A DNA stretch of 64,000 bases from Tubulanus polymorphus (taxonomy: Eukaryota > Animalia > Nemertea): positions 4,774,001 through 4,838,000 of the forward strand of contig NC_134025.1 in NCBI RefSeq assembly GCF_964204645.1. Direction: 5' to 3'. How positions within the stretch are numbered: position 1 is the stretch's first letter; every line of letters begins with the position of its first letter. A program made the translations under genes and the position numbers. The notes beneath the pieces were generated by a model. The model had not been told where the DNA came from. It was given only the letters and a program-made list of their open reading frames with translations, and did not search any database. Of the stretch, positions 1 through 13,348 are shown piece after piece.

Positions 1-495
1 AAGCTTGTTGTTTTTTGGAATAAACCATCGCTTAACCAAGCCGGACAATACCCTTGAAAATCCTGGCGTAAGGGCAAGACGAAATGGCGAACTTCAGCTG
101 CTTTCTTAGCTAGTGAACTAGAGCTAATTAACCAGATGCACTATAGTTCGGTCGCCGTAACAATTATCGTCGGCTATCTTGGACATTTCGGCCGTATACA
201 GCGACCCAGCGCGCTAAATTCTGTTGTCGACCAGGGCTAGTTCCGGCCCACAAAGAGAGTGGCCAGCGTGGTGGACCATTTTCGGACCATAATTTCGCCT
301 AACTGACATTCGGTTTGTGGCTCTAAAGTCCAGGGTCAACTTCGGTGGAGTTAGTCGACTGTAGTCGAACTAAATGAAACCGAAAGTCAGTTAGTCGGAA
401 CTATATTCTGGATATAATTCGTAAATTGAGCGCATTCGGTTATTAGTTCCGACCACTAGTCGACTAGATACGAAAACCAAATTTGGCCCAGGCTG
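1..495. repeat. Probable non-autonomous element fragment rich in internal inverted repeats
   Basis: Repeated TAGTCGAC/TAGTTCCG motifs. There is a 17/18 inverted repeat, 299-316 (ctaactgacattcggttt) against 377-394 (aaaccgaaagtcagttag). No ORF; probably truncated by the window start. Confidence 0.4.
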
Positions 496-675
496 CCGGC
501 CCGACGACCCACCGCTCGCGCGCAACAATCGAATGTCCTGTCCAGTATTCCGCTCTGGAACGCGGTTAGGGGAACACTGGCCAAGAATGGATTTTCAAGG
601 TCGTTGGCCATGTAAATATTGAATGTAGCATTTCTGCTTGTTTACTCCTCCACGTTTTAATTGATACTGGTAATC

Positions 676-3630
676 ATGGCTACGATAAGTGAAAACGATT
701 GGGTTATTGTAAAGAAAGACGATAATCTGAAAGTTTTGAAGATACGCTCAGAGCGGTAAGATCCGAACCACTTTTTCAGCGTACTATTTTCCCTTCCCGG
801 CGGCGTGCGTCGTAGGCCTACCTCCGCTCCATTTCATGCGTGCTAGATTATGATATATTTCTGTTTATTTGTGATACATGCATGTTGAAGTGGTTCTTTA
901 ATGAAATCTTTGCAGGCCGGTATGGATGGAGAAAATGAAATTTGTATTTGATGGTGCTGTCGGTCATTCATATGGTACAAAATTTGAAGTTGGTAATGGT
1001 GCATTGGTGAAATTTGTTCAACCTAACGATACACCTGAAAGTTGCCTTACAGATATGGAAGAAAGGAAAGGTAGGCTACAATTTACCAGTAAGCCTTGTC
1101 AGTTTGTGTTCCACAAGTTCCACAATTAGATATTAATCAAGCCAACGTTTAATCCCATCCAATCATAAAATCACAGCATATCCAAAGATAAGATCGCTTA
1201 CTGATTTATCAAATAGTTGACAACTCTCTTTAGTAGAGTGAATCAACAGATACAGTGAGAACATTACATTTCAAACAATTATCATTCCGTCATCATTACA
1301 ACTGTAACTCCTGGATTATCATGACAAATTCCATCTAACTGAATTCATAAGAAATTGTCTCATTCCTTAGTTGCTGACAACCGGAATCTGCACGATTGTG
1401 ACACAAATCAGAAACTTTCGAAGGAAGATATTGAAGCTATGCGAGCTGAAGGACTTCATGGAGAGGTAACATGTATTCAGTCGATGCTGCGCTGATGAAT
1501 TAGGCAAACCTAAATTCTATGTAGGATGATGTTTGATTTACATTTTTCTATTTTAAATTATGTACAGGCAATCATTGGGAAACTGATTCAAAATAGTGAA
1601 ACATTTGATAAGAAAACTGAATTTTCTAAAGAAAAATATATCAAGAAGAAGAAAAAGAAGTTTGTGAAATTTTTTACAATCTTTTTTGTGTTTTTGTGTT
1701 AGATGAGTTCTTGTCTGATGATTGCATTCCGTTTCAGGTTCACCAAGATAATAACCATTCTGAAGCCAACTTTAAGATTGTTGTGTGAGATGCATTTCAA
1801 TAAAAACAAGACAAAGATATGGTCAGTTTAGTACGGCATTGCTGTTGTTTAATTGGCTCGCTTCATAGCATATTGAATTACTTAACAGTTAAACTTAATT
1901 CTAAATTTCAGTGGCATGCGAATCGATTCACTCGGCCAGATATTATCCCATGCAAATGTAAGAGCTGGGTCGAATGTAATTGTCGTAGAATCATGTGGTG
2001 GACTAGTATTAGGAGCAGTTCTAGAACGTTTAGGAGGTAAATGAGTTTCATCCATTATATGATAAGAAATGTACTGGTACCTCAATCCAATTCTTGCAAT
2101 AATAGTCATATGACTAAAGTTGATTAATCGTTGAATATTCTTCCGTCAACCCATTTTTTCATGTTTTAGGTTTGGGTAAAGTATTTGACTTTCACCCTGG
2201 AAATTCACAAACCAGGTAAGTGTGGATATTTCAAATAAAATTCTGTGTCATTTTCGATACCTGTATAGCGTTACTTTTGGTGTTTTTATTTTTTCACTCT
2301 TTCAGAATCATGGATGGTATGCCAATTTCTAAAGAGTACATCGATGAACACGTAACAAGTATATCATTGTCTCATATGCAAACATTAGTTTCTGGTCAAA
2401 AACTGCCTGATCCGACCCCGGTCGAAAATGTGAGTAAGACTTACTAAAGTGACTTCCATTTCACGATTGTGGATTACGTTTAATAGCAGTTTTTCTTTTC
2501 AGGATGAAGACGCTGTTCTAGGGATCGATGACAAATCTGAAGAAGAAGCAGCAAACAATCAAGCAAACTCGAGTACAGTGAATGTAGACAAAAAATCGAA
2601 TGCTCCTGGAAAACGTAAATTAACAACAGAGCAAATTCGACTGATCATTGAAAGAAAGAAGAAACGAATTGATCAAATAAATGAAGGAATGGATGATTTA
2701 CGTAGTAATTCTGTTGATAGGTCAGTTTATTTAGAGAAGATGAATTTACCGAGATTCTACCTCAAAATTGAATTCTGTATTTATGGAGTATTTTGATTTC
2801 TTTCCAGTTTGATTTGCGCAACCAAGTTCGATCCCACACCGATAGTAATGAAACTCATCAAGTTTCTGAAACCATCGCGACCTTTCGCTGTATACAGCCA
2901 GTACAAAGAGGTGAAGGCATTACAAGCATAGGTTTAATTTAGGTCTGCTATTGAATACATACTGACTACGATGATCTTTCCCTTTTTCAGCCATTGATGG
3001 AGTGCTTCTTGAGACTAAAAGAAACCAGAAAAGTCGTTTTTCTTCGGTTATCCGAGACCTGGCTTAGGGAATATCAGGTACTGCATATTCATTTGCAAGG
3101 CTAAATTCTAATAAAGTTTGAAAATAAAGAAAAATAGATTGTACAGTCAACCCCCGATATACCGCCCTCCCATATACCGCCACCCCGCCTACCGCCAGGT
3201 TTTCTTAATGTACATCTCTATACAAATACATAGTAAAACACCCCCGATAAACCGCCATACTCTCTATACCGCCAAAATCGTTCTGCACCGATGTGGGCGG
3301 TAAATCAGGAGTTGACTGTAGTTAATGTGCACCTAGTTTATTTAGTACACATAGTATCAGTGCTCTAGAAAAGCTGTAAAATATAAGAACTATATAATGA
3401 ATATACTATATGTATTGATTATTAGACAGAGGCCTCATTTTGTGACAGTAAACTATGAGTTCAGTCGAAAAAGTGTCCTCTGCATATTCCACGAAGGCTT
3501 GTGTATTTATCATATATGTATCGGTGTTTGTTGGTTGCAGGTTCTTCCGAAACGCACTCATCCCGAGATCAATATGAGCGGTGGTGGTGGCTATTTATTG
3601 ACTGGTACTACTGTTTTAAATAATGATTGA
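676..3630 (+). CDS. TRMT6: tRNA m1A58 methyltransferase non-catalytic subunit TRM6 (multi-exon)
   Basis: ATG at 676 (MATISENDWVIVKK). Spliced exons give YGTKFEV, DNRNLHD..NQKLS.EDIE, LIQNSETFDKKTEFSKEKYIKKKKKK, MRIDSLGQILSHANV, LKPSRPFAVYSQYKEPL, LRLSETWLREYQ and VLPKRTHPEINMSGGGGYLL. TGA at 3628-3630; AATAAA at 3652. Confidence 0.95.
3144..3318. mobile_element. Tc1/mariner (pogo/Tigger-like) MITE in the last TRMT6 intron
   Basis: Terminal inverted repeats CAGTCAACCCCCGATATACCGCCC / GGGCGGTAAATCAGGAGTTGACTG, flanked by TA on both sides. A second copy lies at 37372. Confidence 0.85.
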
Positions 3631-4188
3631 CAATTGTATATATAGTAGATGAATAAATTTCTATATAACACGTATTTATTGTGTTAAGTCATGAATATGT
3701 GGACGCTCGAACATAAATCCTCTTGGCCTATTTAGAATATTAAGGGATCCAACTACGTAAGCCTAATCGTGGACAATGGTTTTGCGAGAATATCCAAGAT
3801 GATACATGTGAAAAGGAATATCTACACTTCTCTAATGTGAATACAGAAACTAGAGAATATTATTCATTTGCTCAAAAAGCAATTGACGGGAATAGTTTCT
3901 CGAAAATCCTCTTGTGTTTTCTTTGAAAAAAGTATTTTCCATTTACATCCTATAAAACATTTACAATACTAATTCCCTATAGCAAATGAATTATGATTGA
4001 CATTTCTGACAACCGATGTCATAATACACGTCACAATGCAAACATGTGCAAACGCTGGATGAAATCTGGCGGTAATTTGAGACAAGCGTCCACCGATACA
4101 TGCGTACGTGTGATCCACGTTATAATATTAATTTGAAATTTTTGGATTCCTTAATCAGTTCCTGGCAAAATCATCAAATCATTAGACC

Positions 4189-7100
4189 ATGGATGTAGTG
4201 TATCTTATTGTGTTTTTCGTTATATTACATTTAATCGGAATAACGAATGCGCACTGTTACACGGCGGTTTTTAAGTCGGTCCAGGCCGTTGAAACCGAAG
4301 CAGTCTACATACAGCTAGGAATAACGACTCTGCAGAAATTAGATGAGGAAAAAGATAAATCCCATTCGGAGGACGATTTGAAAGCCATCCAGGAATTCAG
4401 ACGGTAAAGAAACTTATTTCTACGGTGTGGGAATGAATAAGGAACGATTTTATTTATTTGAGTTATAGTCGGTATATCCTTAGATATTTAACCCCTACAA
4501 AACAGAACAAATTTTTTCAATATATACATTACTGTCGTAAAAAGGATCCAGATGGATTAGATACGTAAATCGTAAAAAGGATCCCGATCGATTAGATACG
4601 TAAATTATATGAACACGTACATGTATGTTTATATGAGGGCTGGAATTTGGAAAAAAATGCGCACCAATTTTATTTCGAATTTGAAATTTTCTTATGTGTA
4701 CGCAGACATATATGCGGATGGAGCTTTTTTCATTCACACATATATGATGATTGATCTGAAGCCTTTTCTAAAAGTTGATGCAGATGTCGAACTTGCGCGT
4801 TGATTTATGAAATCTAGTCACACGTATCGATTAGTACCAGAGTGTTCGGTAGTTATCAAGCTGAACCATTGCACCATAGCCACTAGAACTTCTGTATTTC
4901 CAGTTCACCATTTGGGAAATAAGAAACGTATCACATGCGCAATGTTCATTGCATTCAATGCATTTTCTTCAGTCAAGTTTACTAAGAACAGTACCACGGA
5001 AGCGTCCTGGGGACATCATTTACGTGAATTATGTCCCCAGGACGCTTCCGTACACTAAATGGAAGTTTATAACTAAAATACAAACGGTGAAGATTGAAGC
5101 GCAACTTCAACTACAGATTTTCAATTTGAGGAAGTTTTATTTTTAGATTTATTCTCGAAATTAAAGAAGCTAACAAGCCTGCCATTTCCGATGAGGGCTA
5201 TATGGAAAATCCGATTAATATATTTCACATGGTTCGAAGATTGGCGGTGAACTGGACCTCGTTCATATCAAAACTTGAAAATGTTGAAGTGAATTTGATC
5301 AAAGGTATATTTGACTCAATTTTACTAATGAGCCATTAATACAAAGCACAGATACAGTAGTCAACCGTAAGCATTGATTGATTTATGTTTAGAATTCGTG
5401 GATCAATACCAGATGGACAGAAAACGAAAACATGTTTGGCCTACAGAGTTAGACATCACTGGAACAGCGATGGCTTTTATCAGGCTTAGAAATACATATT
5501 TTATCAGCTTCGATGAACTTTACAGCGGCACACTGAACGGCACGCACTCGCAACCGTTAACAATTTTCGAGTTTTTCGAAATCGGTCGCGTCGCTTATGA
5601 CCGAGGAATGTGTTACGAGGCTATCGAGTGGTATGGATATGTCATCGAACAACTCAAACGAGGAAAAGTGCAGTCGAAAATAACTGTTTCTGCTGCTTTA
5701 AGGAATCTTGCCGCAGCCTACGAAAAGGTACAAAACCAGTATGCAATTGTGGTAATCTGTTATAGCACGTGAAATGAATCTTTTTTACAAGCAGAATGAA
5801 GATGGAATAATTCTCATACCGTAAATATATATAATCTTGAGGAAGAAACCTCCTATTTTGATAATCTATCTTAAACAAAAGTTTTCATGCATCACACGTA
5901 TATATTTCAGTACGGAGATATGCCAAGCGCCTACAGAATTATTAAAGAAGGCCTCGTTCTTGGTAAGCCTGATTTCTGTAGAATGGGTGACTATAAATTA
6001 ATGGTGTAATATTGTTATCCATTATCAAGTTCGAATTTCTATTTGAGAAGATCCGTCAGATGAAAAGCTGCAGCGGGATTTGAAGTATTTCGAAAGAAAA
6101 ATATCCCACATGGAACAAAAAGAGAATGTTACCATTCAACGAAATCCGGCTTTTGAATGGACGTATAAGTACGAGGAACTGTGTAGAAACGATCATAAAA
6201 AGGTAGATAACAACTGAAGAACAGATTTATAAATGATTAGTATTTCGTTGTTTTGATTCGTATAAAGATAACAATATAAGTCTGTGTATTATTATCTCTG
6301 TGTAAAATCATCTCTGAACTTTCCAGAGCAAATACAAACAAACGAAATTGAAATGTTATAAGCGAAAAACGTCGATACCGTACCGTACAGCCGACGTCGA
6401 GATTGTAAATATCAAACCGGAAATCGCTATATTTCATCGCGTCATTTCCGATGACGAAATTAAAAGAGTTAAAAGTATTGCGAAGAAAAAAGTATGTAAT
6501 TCCACGATCTTTTTATAGTCCAAAACGTTCATTTATATAGCGGCTAATTCTCGATCGGACCATATCGTAAAATTCCTGAACGCCAAAACTAAGAAAAACG
6601 TCTTCTAAAATAAGTTTATTCTAAAACGTTAAATTCTTCCATTTTTGCAGATTTTTTCTATAGAGAAAAATCGACGTTTTTCTTTGATCTTGGCATTTTG
6701 GTGCCGTTTGACGTATCTTGTAAAGGTCACAGAATCCGCCACATACAATTTAAACAAGAAAACCCATTTGCTGTTTCTATTTTAATTTCAAAACAAAGAG
6801 ATTTTATCAAGATTTGATAACTTTGATTCAAGCTGAAGCAATCAATTGTCGTCAGCGCAGATGGATCATCTATGGAAATCTCAGACATGAGAGTCAGCGA
6901 AAGGTACATAATTTTCTTCGCCATCCATTAGGTTATTATAGTCGTCACACTTCACACCTTTCTCAGCAACAGCAATCTCATCACCATATTCTAGTGGTTG
7001 GTTGGCAGATACCGATAACGAATTAATACAACGGTTATCGAAAAGAATCGAAATCTTAACTGGATTGAGTACGGCGATTTTACCAGTAGCTAGCCATGCT

Positions 7101-7985
7101 GAAGAATTACAGGTGAATGTTTTTTAAGGGCCGTGATTTGGAATCTTGTTCAATTTTTTTAATTATAGGGTTAGCAACTATAATCAAGAGCTATGATCAG
7201 AGAGGAATACTATTACGTACCTTATATGAAAATGCTGATTTTCAGAGATTTTCTATTCAATGCAGGTGTTGAATTATGGAATTGGTGGAATGTACGAAGC
7301 TCATTACGACTTTTTCGTAAGTTTCTTTTCGCATGTTAGAATGTAGTCAGCTTACGTATACCTAAACGATAGAAAAGTTACACCGAATCAAAAATGAATT
7401 TTTCAATCTACGCAACAATCTTATTCATCTTGCCCCGTCAATCAGTGCTTTTTAATTTTCATATGATATCTGAAAAGGATGAGACTTCGTACAAGTGGAA
7501 TGTTGGAAAACAATTTCAAGACTCCGGCAATAGAGTTGCCACTTGGATGTTCTATGTATGATTTTTCAATGCAGACTTGAATTAATCATAAATTTAAAAT
7601 CGTCGTATTCGCTAATTAAGCAACTTCAAATCTTGCATCCCAATGGCCTTTTTTTCCAGCTATCCGGTGTCAAGATAGGCGGAGCTACAGTTTTCCCGAG
7701 AGCAGGTGCTCGCGTGCCGGTGGTAAAGGGGGCTGCAGCGTTTTGGTTTAATCTGAAACCGAGCGGCGCTTATGATTATGAAACTTTACACGCCGGTTGT
7801 CCTGTACTTATAGGTTCAAAATGGGGTAATGTTTTTCTGTACCTTTATGACCGTTCGCAAAAATGTAACCGTAAAATCCTAATCAAATACATTTTATTTT
7901 ATTTATAGTGGCAAACAAGTGGACACACGAAGCTGCACAAATGTTTCGTCGTCCGTGCAATAAAAATGAATACATGTATTCTTAG
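4189..7985 (+). CDS. P4HA: Prolyl 4-hydroxylase alpha subunit-like, copy 1 (multi-exon)
   Basis: Signal peptide, then ENPINIFHMVRRL, WPTELDITGTAMAFIRLRNTY, a TPR-like FEIGRVAY..AIEWY segment and YEELCR. The catalytic domain reads EELQVLNYGIGGMYEAHYDF, GNRVATWMFY, GGATVFP, TLHAGCPVLIGSKWVANKW. The H-x-D...H and Lys residues are intact. TAG at 7983-7985. Confidence 0.93.
4536..4605. repeat. 35-bp tandem duplication in P4H copy 1 intron 1
   Basis: cgtaaaaaggatcc(a/c)gat(g/c)gattagatacgtaaat occurs twice in a row. Confidence 0.75.
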
Positions 7986-8648
7986 ACGGAAAAAGTATAC
8001 GATTTAAAACGATAATAAAATTGACAATAAAATATCGTGCCAGTCAACTTTTACGTCGAGGCGTCTTTTGGTATAAGGGTATTATAGAAACACACCCCAG
8101 GCCTACGGTTGTGGGTTCAATTCATATCTGCTGTAATAGAAATGGAGAAAATTGTATTGACCCGAAAGAATTGTTTGCCGACAGCCGTCGAGGAACGACT
8201 GTATAAGACATGAATCCACTGGTTATTTAATTCAACAGCCTGCTCTAACAATCGTTGTTTCGCGTTCCCTCAGTAATTCACCCCCGAAAAATGTTGATGT
8301 GGTACAACAGGCAGATTACACCATTCGCATATACAAATCAAAATACTCAGAAATACGTAGGATCCTAGTTATTTCCCAATCATCATTGCACCAAATGACA
8401 TTAAACACTCGCGTAATGACGAGTTTACCCCGAACAAAAGAACAGCCCTACGCTAAGTACAAAACATGTTACAAATTATTAATCAAGTAGCAAAGAATAA
8501 ACAATACATAAGTAATGCATAAGCATAACTTCTAAATGTGTTTGAAACCGCTTATCAAATTGTCCATGAAAATGTGTCTCCATCCAACGTCAGAGGTATT
8601 GATTTTTACACATGTGTCGATCTGAACAGATAGTCAGTTTCAATACTG

Positions 8649-11600
8649 ATGCGACCGATTATGAAGGGATCTCATTATTTGTGCTGTTGGATCTTTTTGA
8701 TTTGTTTGTCAATCGATCAAGTACGGATGGAATGTTTTACGGCAGTCTTCCGAGTGAGGAGTGCATTGGAGGAAGAGGCCCAGTATTTGAGACTTGGTCG
8801 AATGGTTTTAAACAAACTTGATACCGTACCTCCGGACAGCGACGTCGATAGTTTGACAAGGTAATTTGATACGATTATCCAAACACGCTTTCCCTACAGC
8901 TAGGTACCTGATTAGAACATGGGCGAAAATATGATACAGAATATCGTATAGAACGAAAAAGGTGGGTGAATAACTATATCTGAGATTGATATGTAGTACA
9001 TTATCAGCGATCTATATTCGTCATACTTGTATCAAAAGTTTGAAAGAGACATTGGTGACATCTGCCCTTATCCAATAATCCATTCTGTGGGGATATTGAA
9101 CAATGAGCGACTGGCATATGGTAATTCTTAACGTATATCATCATTCAATGTGTCTCAAACATATACGAAGCTATCGAGGAACGAAATCTGAACAGATTTT
9201 ACAGATTTAACTTTTGCCTTGGTATCAAAATATATAACAGACTCACGATCGTTCCCAGGAATATATTCAAAATAAGTTTAACAAAAGGTTGAAAAAAATG
9301 TTATGAAACTATGGCCAGAGAATGAACTAGTCTTTACACAGATCACAAGATTACTGTTTCACTACAGTTTGAACCAACTCGCGTTCAATATTTTGTTTCA
9401 AAAATAATTTTTTGTATGGCTTGAGAAAGGTTTAGATCTAGTAAATTTTCGACCGTCATTGCAGTTTTATCACGCAAACTATAGAAGTAAATCGTCTGGC
9501 AATAGAAGACGACGAATACACGGAAAACCCCATAAACATATTCCACATGGTTCGTCGATTAGCGAAGGTCTGGTTAGAAAATCTATCCAAATTTGAAAAG
9601 TCTACTTTTCTTGTCATCAAAGGTCAGTGAAGGCTTCAACCAGATGGTCAAATCTGAAATCGATATTAGGGTTTGAATTTCAAACGAATCTTCTTCCGCA
9701 GATTTTTTTCAAAGCTTTCAAAACGGAAGGCAACGAAGTACTACGTGGCCAACGGAGGAAGATATTATCGGTACGGCTCTTGCCCTTGTAAGACTTAGAA
9801 ATACATATTTCATCAGTTTCGAAGAATTGTCGACTGGTACTCTAAACGGTAGCCATTCCGAGCCATTGTCCATCAACGAATTCTACGAAATAGCTCGAAT
9901 CGCCGAAGATCGCCGCATGTATTACGAGGCAGTTGAATGGTACGATGCTGTAATTGATCTGCTTGAAAAAGGTGGTGCATTCGATCAATCTATCACCGAT
10001 ATCATGGTACGCCAAGCACATTGTTACGATTTGGTACGTATTTCCCGCTTTCCAAATTAGACGAGCGAACAGCAGACAATATGAAAAATATTCATACGTA
10101 AAAGGAAATATGAAAACTGTTTTAGCACGGTGACCCTGCGAATGCTCTGAGGATCATTGAGGACGCTATACTAAAAGGTGAGACTCACCAATATAGATAA
10201 CCACGTTTATTTATGGCATCGAAAATAATTTGTTTTTTTTTTCATTTGTCGTGGTATGGTTATCGTAGATAGAGATGGTACCGAGGAGTTGAACGAGTTG
10301 ATGGATTATTATATACACTCAGTAAAGAATCTAGGTAATAAAGATCCACCCGTCGAAGCTCTTTCCAGGACGGATATCATAGAATACACATACAAATATG
10401 AGGCATTGTGCAGGAATGACTATGTTAAGGTGGGTCCATAGTATTCTCTTTATAGTTTAATCTAGATTCTAATTTAATTACTATATTTCATCATGATTTC
10501 ACAATAGAGTGCATCCGAGTTGGCCAAGTTAAAATGCTATCGGCAGAAAACCTCGATTCCATACAGACCAGCAGATGTTGAAATCGTCAATATCGAACCA
10601 CGGATCGCCTTGTTCCATCGCGTTATTCATGAATCAGAAATAAATGCAATCATCGAAAGAGCAAAAAGAATTGTGAGTATTTTAATTTCGAAAATTAACC
10701 CATCTTTGACGCAAATCCAAAAAACAACATTTGTTATTTGAAATAGTTAACCAGATCAGTAGTGATATCTCGAAACGGAAGCGCAACTCTATTTTCAGAC
10801 GATCGAATCAGCGAAAGGTTAGTTCACTTGTTTAACTCTATCTTACTTGAAATTCAATATATATCTTTTCCAATCCATCGGGAAGATTCTTATCTTTTGA
10901 AAATGTTTTAGTGGTTGGTTGGCCGATGTCGATGATCCAGTAATTGAAAGAGTATCCAAGAGAGTAGAAATGTTCACTGGTCTAAGCACTCGAATTTTAG
11001 ACCGTTTAAGTCACGCAGAAACACTGCAGGTTTGAACCTGGAAATACACCGAATTAAGTATATGTATTAATGGTACTAACATTTTCATAATGTAATATTT
11101 CAAGGTACTTAACTATGGTATCGGAGGAATGTACAATTACCACTATGACTTCTTTGTAAGTAAATATATCATACCTTATATATGCCTATAATAGTGAATA
11201 CAACGTACACCTGAAATTATGTTCGTTATAACCGATATTTCGTTGTATCCAGTACGAAATTTATCAAAGTCTTACTTGGGACAAAATTCGTTGTATCCGA
11301 TGAATCGTTGTATCCGAGTTCGTTTTAACGAGGTTCGAATGTATGTATTTTGTGAATAATGGATTTACTTTTAATTTGATGAGATAACTTGCGAAGACCT
11401 TATTGCCATAAGGAAGTAAGTTGCCATTACTGTTTCGGAGGTGTTGTCTTATAGGATGAAACTGAACATAAATGGCAAGTGGCTGATTTCATGGAAGGAT
11501 CCGGCAACCGACTCGCAACATGGATGTTTTACGTGCGTTTCTATGACCGTAGCACGTTTTTATGATCGGCAACTCATTAGTGCATTGAATATTCTTACGT

Positions 11601-11962
11601 TTAAAATGACTATTTTCAGCTATCTGACGTCAAATTCGGTGGAGCTACAGTTTTCCCGAGAGCAGGTGCTCGCGTGCCGGTGGTAAAGGGGGCTGCGGCG
11701 TTTTGGTACAATCTGAAACAGAGCGGCGCTTATGATTTTGATACCCTGCATGCCGGATGTCCAGTTATCATTGGTTCAAAATGGGGTAAATATCGAAGAT
11801 AAATTCATGTAGTGTTCTACATAGATATACACCAATTCTTTCAGTATTCCTGTATTAGGTATTATACCGTGAGCATACATTGGTATTTCAGTTGCAAACA
11901 AATGGATACACGAGATTGGGCAGACATTCAGGCGACCCTGCGCGAGAGATCCATCGCTGTAA
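8649..11962 (+). CDS. P4HA: Prolyl 4-hydroxylase alpha subunit-like, copy 2 (multi-exon)
   Basis: Same exon layout as copy 1. Motifs: ENPINIFHMVRRL, WPTEEDIIGTALALVRLRNTY, YEALCR, ETLQVLNYGIGGMYNYHYDF, GNRLATWMFY, TLHAGCPVIIGSKWVANKWIHE. TAA at 11960-11962. Confidence 0.93.
11218..11343. mobile_element. Partial pogo/Tigger-like MITE (one end) in a P4H copy 2 intron
   Basis: Repeated TTCGTTGTATCC subterminal motifs ending in ttcgttttaacgaggttcgaatgTA, a typical ...CTG-TA-like terminus. Confidence 0.6.
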
Positions 11963-13348
11963 ATATGCCGTTGGTCTAATGAAGGCCGAATTCATTACAA
12001 CGAGCCTAGCACACGACGTATGATTCTTTTTTGTTTATTCATTTTTTGAGAATCTTTGTTATACTGACAGAGTATTTCCTCGATTTAAACACTTATAGAC
12101 AGCGCACTGGCTTATGCAGACAGCGCAACGGGACGGAGGGGTTAAAGGAGCCCTTGGAATACAAGTCAAAGATCATGAACATCCACGCTACATTCATAAT
12201 TATGTATATATATAATCATACTATATTTTATTAAAATGATATGAATCAATGAGCACTTTTTGGTCTGTTCTTATTCGTTATTGTAATAAGCAAAATATTC
12301 ATGTGCGTAATCAGTGATGAACCGGATAAGTCGAACAGTCGTCTTGTGTCGTTACATCACCATGAAAATATACTCTACTCGGCTGGCGATATTTTTGGTA
12401 TCTTAGAATATGAATTATAGTATATATAGGTTAAAAGAATCTATCACGATATCATCTACGTAACTAATCGTCGGACGTTATATTTTCTGAACCTTTGGTG
12501 AAGTGCTGGAAAAATACAAACAGGCCTATATCCTAGTCTTTCTGCATTGCGTGTGACAAAGGTCAGACCATGATAAGTTGCAATAGAGTTAAAGTGTGTG
12601 AGTTCGTGAGTTGACTGCCTTCGCAGGTAAGAGGTAAGCATTCTGAATAACACCGATGAATTATGATAGTTGGTATAGTTTTGTTGTAATATTCTACGCT
12701 GTTGTGTTATGAGGAAAAGTCTGGATTTAGTTTTCGATAGGTTATCACGTTTGATTTAGGTCAGTGTGTCTGAACGTACTTCACTGAAAGTTCATTTTCT
12801 AGCTAATATAGTCAATGCTTTCACTTAATCATCATATATAGGTTTTGCTTACAATGTGTGAACAACTGAAAATAAATATATTCAGTCCATGGCACAAAAA
12901 TTACAACATATGGTTTTCCCGTCACTTTTGTATTCTATATATTGTACACATATGACTCTACCATATATACCAGCACATCGGCTATGACTATCCTTGAAGT
13001 AATCAAGGACTATCATATGATGTATTCGATTGCAATGAATTACTGTGATATATATTGCAATCTGGAATCTCCCTAAGCTCAAGTTCAAGTCCGACTTGTG
13101 TAGAATATAGAATATCTAAAAACTATGGTTTAAATAACAAGGTCGTTGGAACACAGGCAAGTCTTGATTCCAAGTCCATTGGGGTTTAGACCCAGTAATA
13201 TCATGTTTTATCTTTCAGACAAGGCGCATCGTGTGAATGTGGGTTGTTATTCCAATCATCGCAACAAAACAATTGTGACTAATCGGAAAATAGAAAGGAA
13301 ATAGAATTCTTATATCTTGAAGGTGTGACTTGAGCTCGCGGATTGAAG

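Noticed and set aside
1467-1567. TGATGA motifs in TRMT6 introns as possible C/D snoRNAs
   Set aside because: No properly placed D box (CTGA) with a terminal stem is visible.
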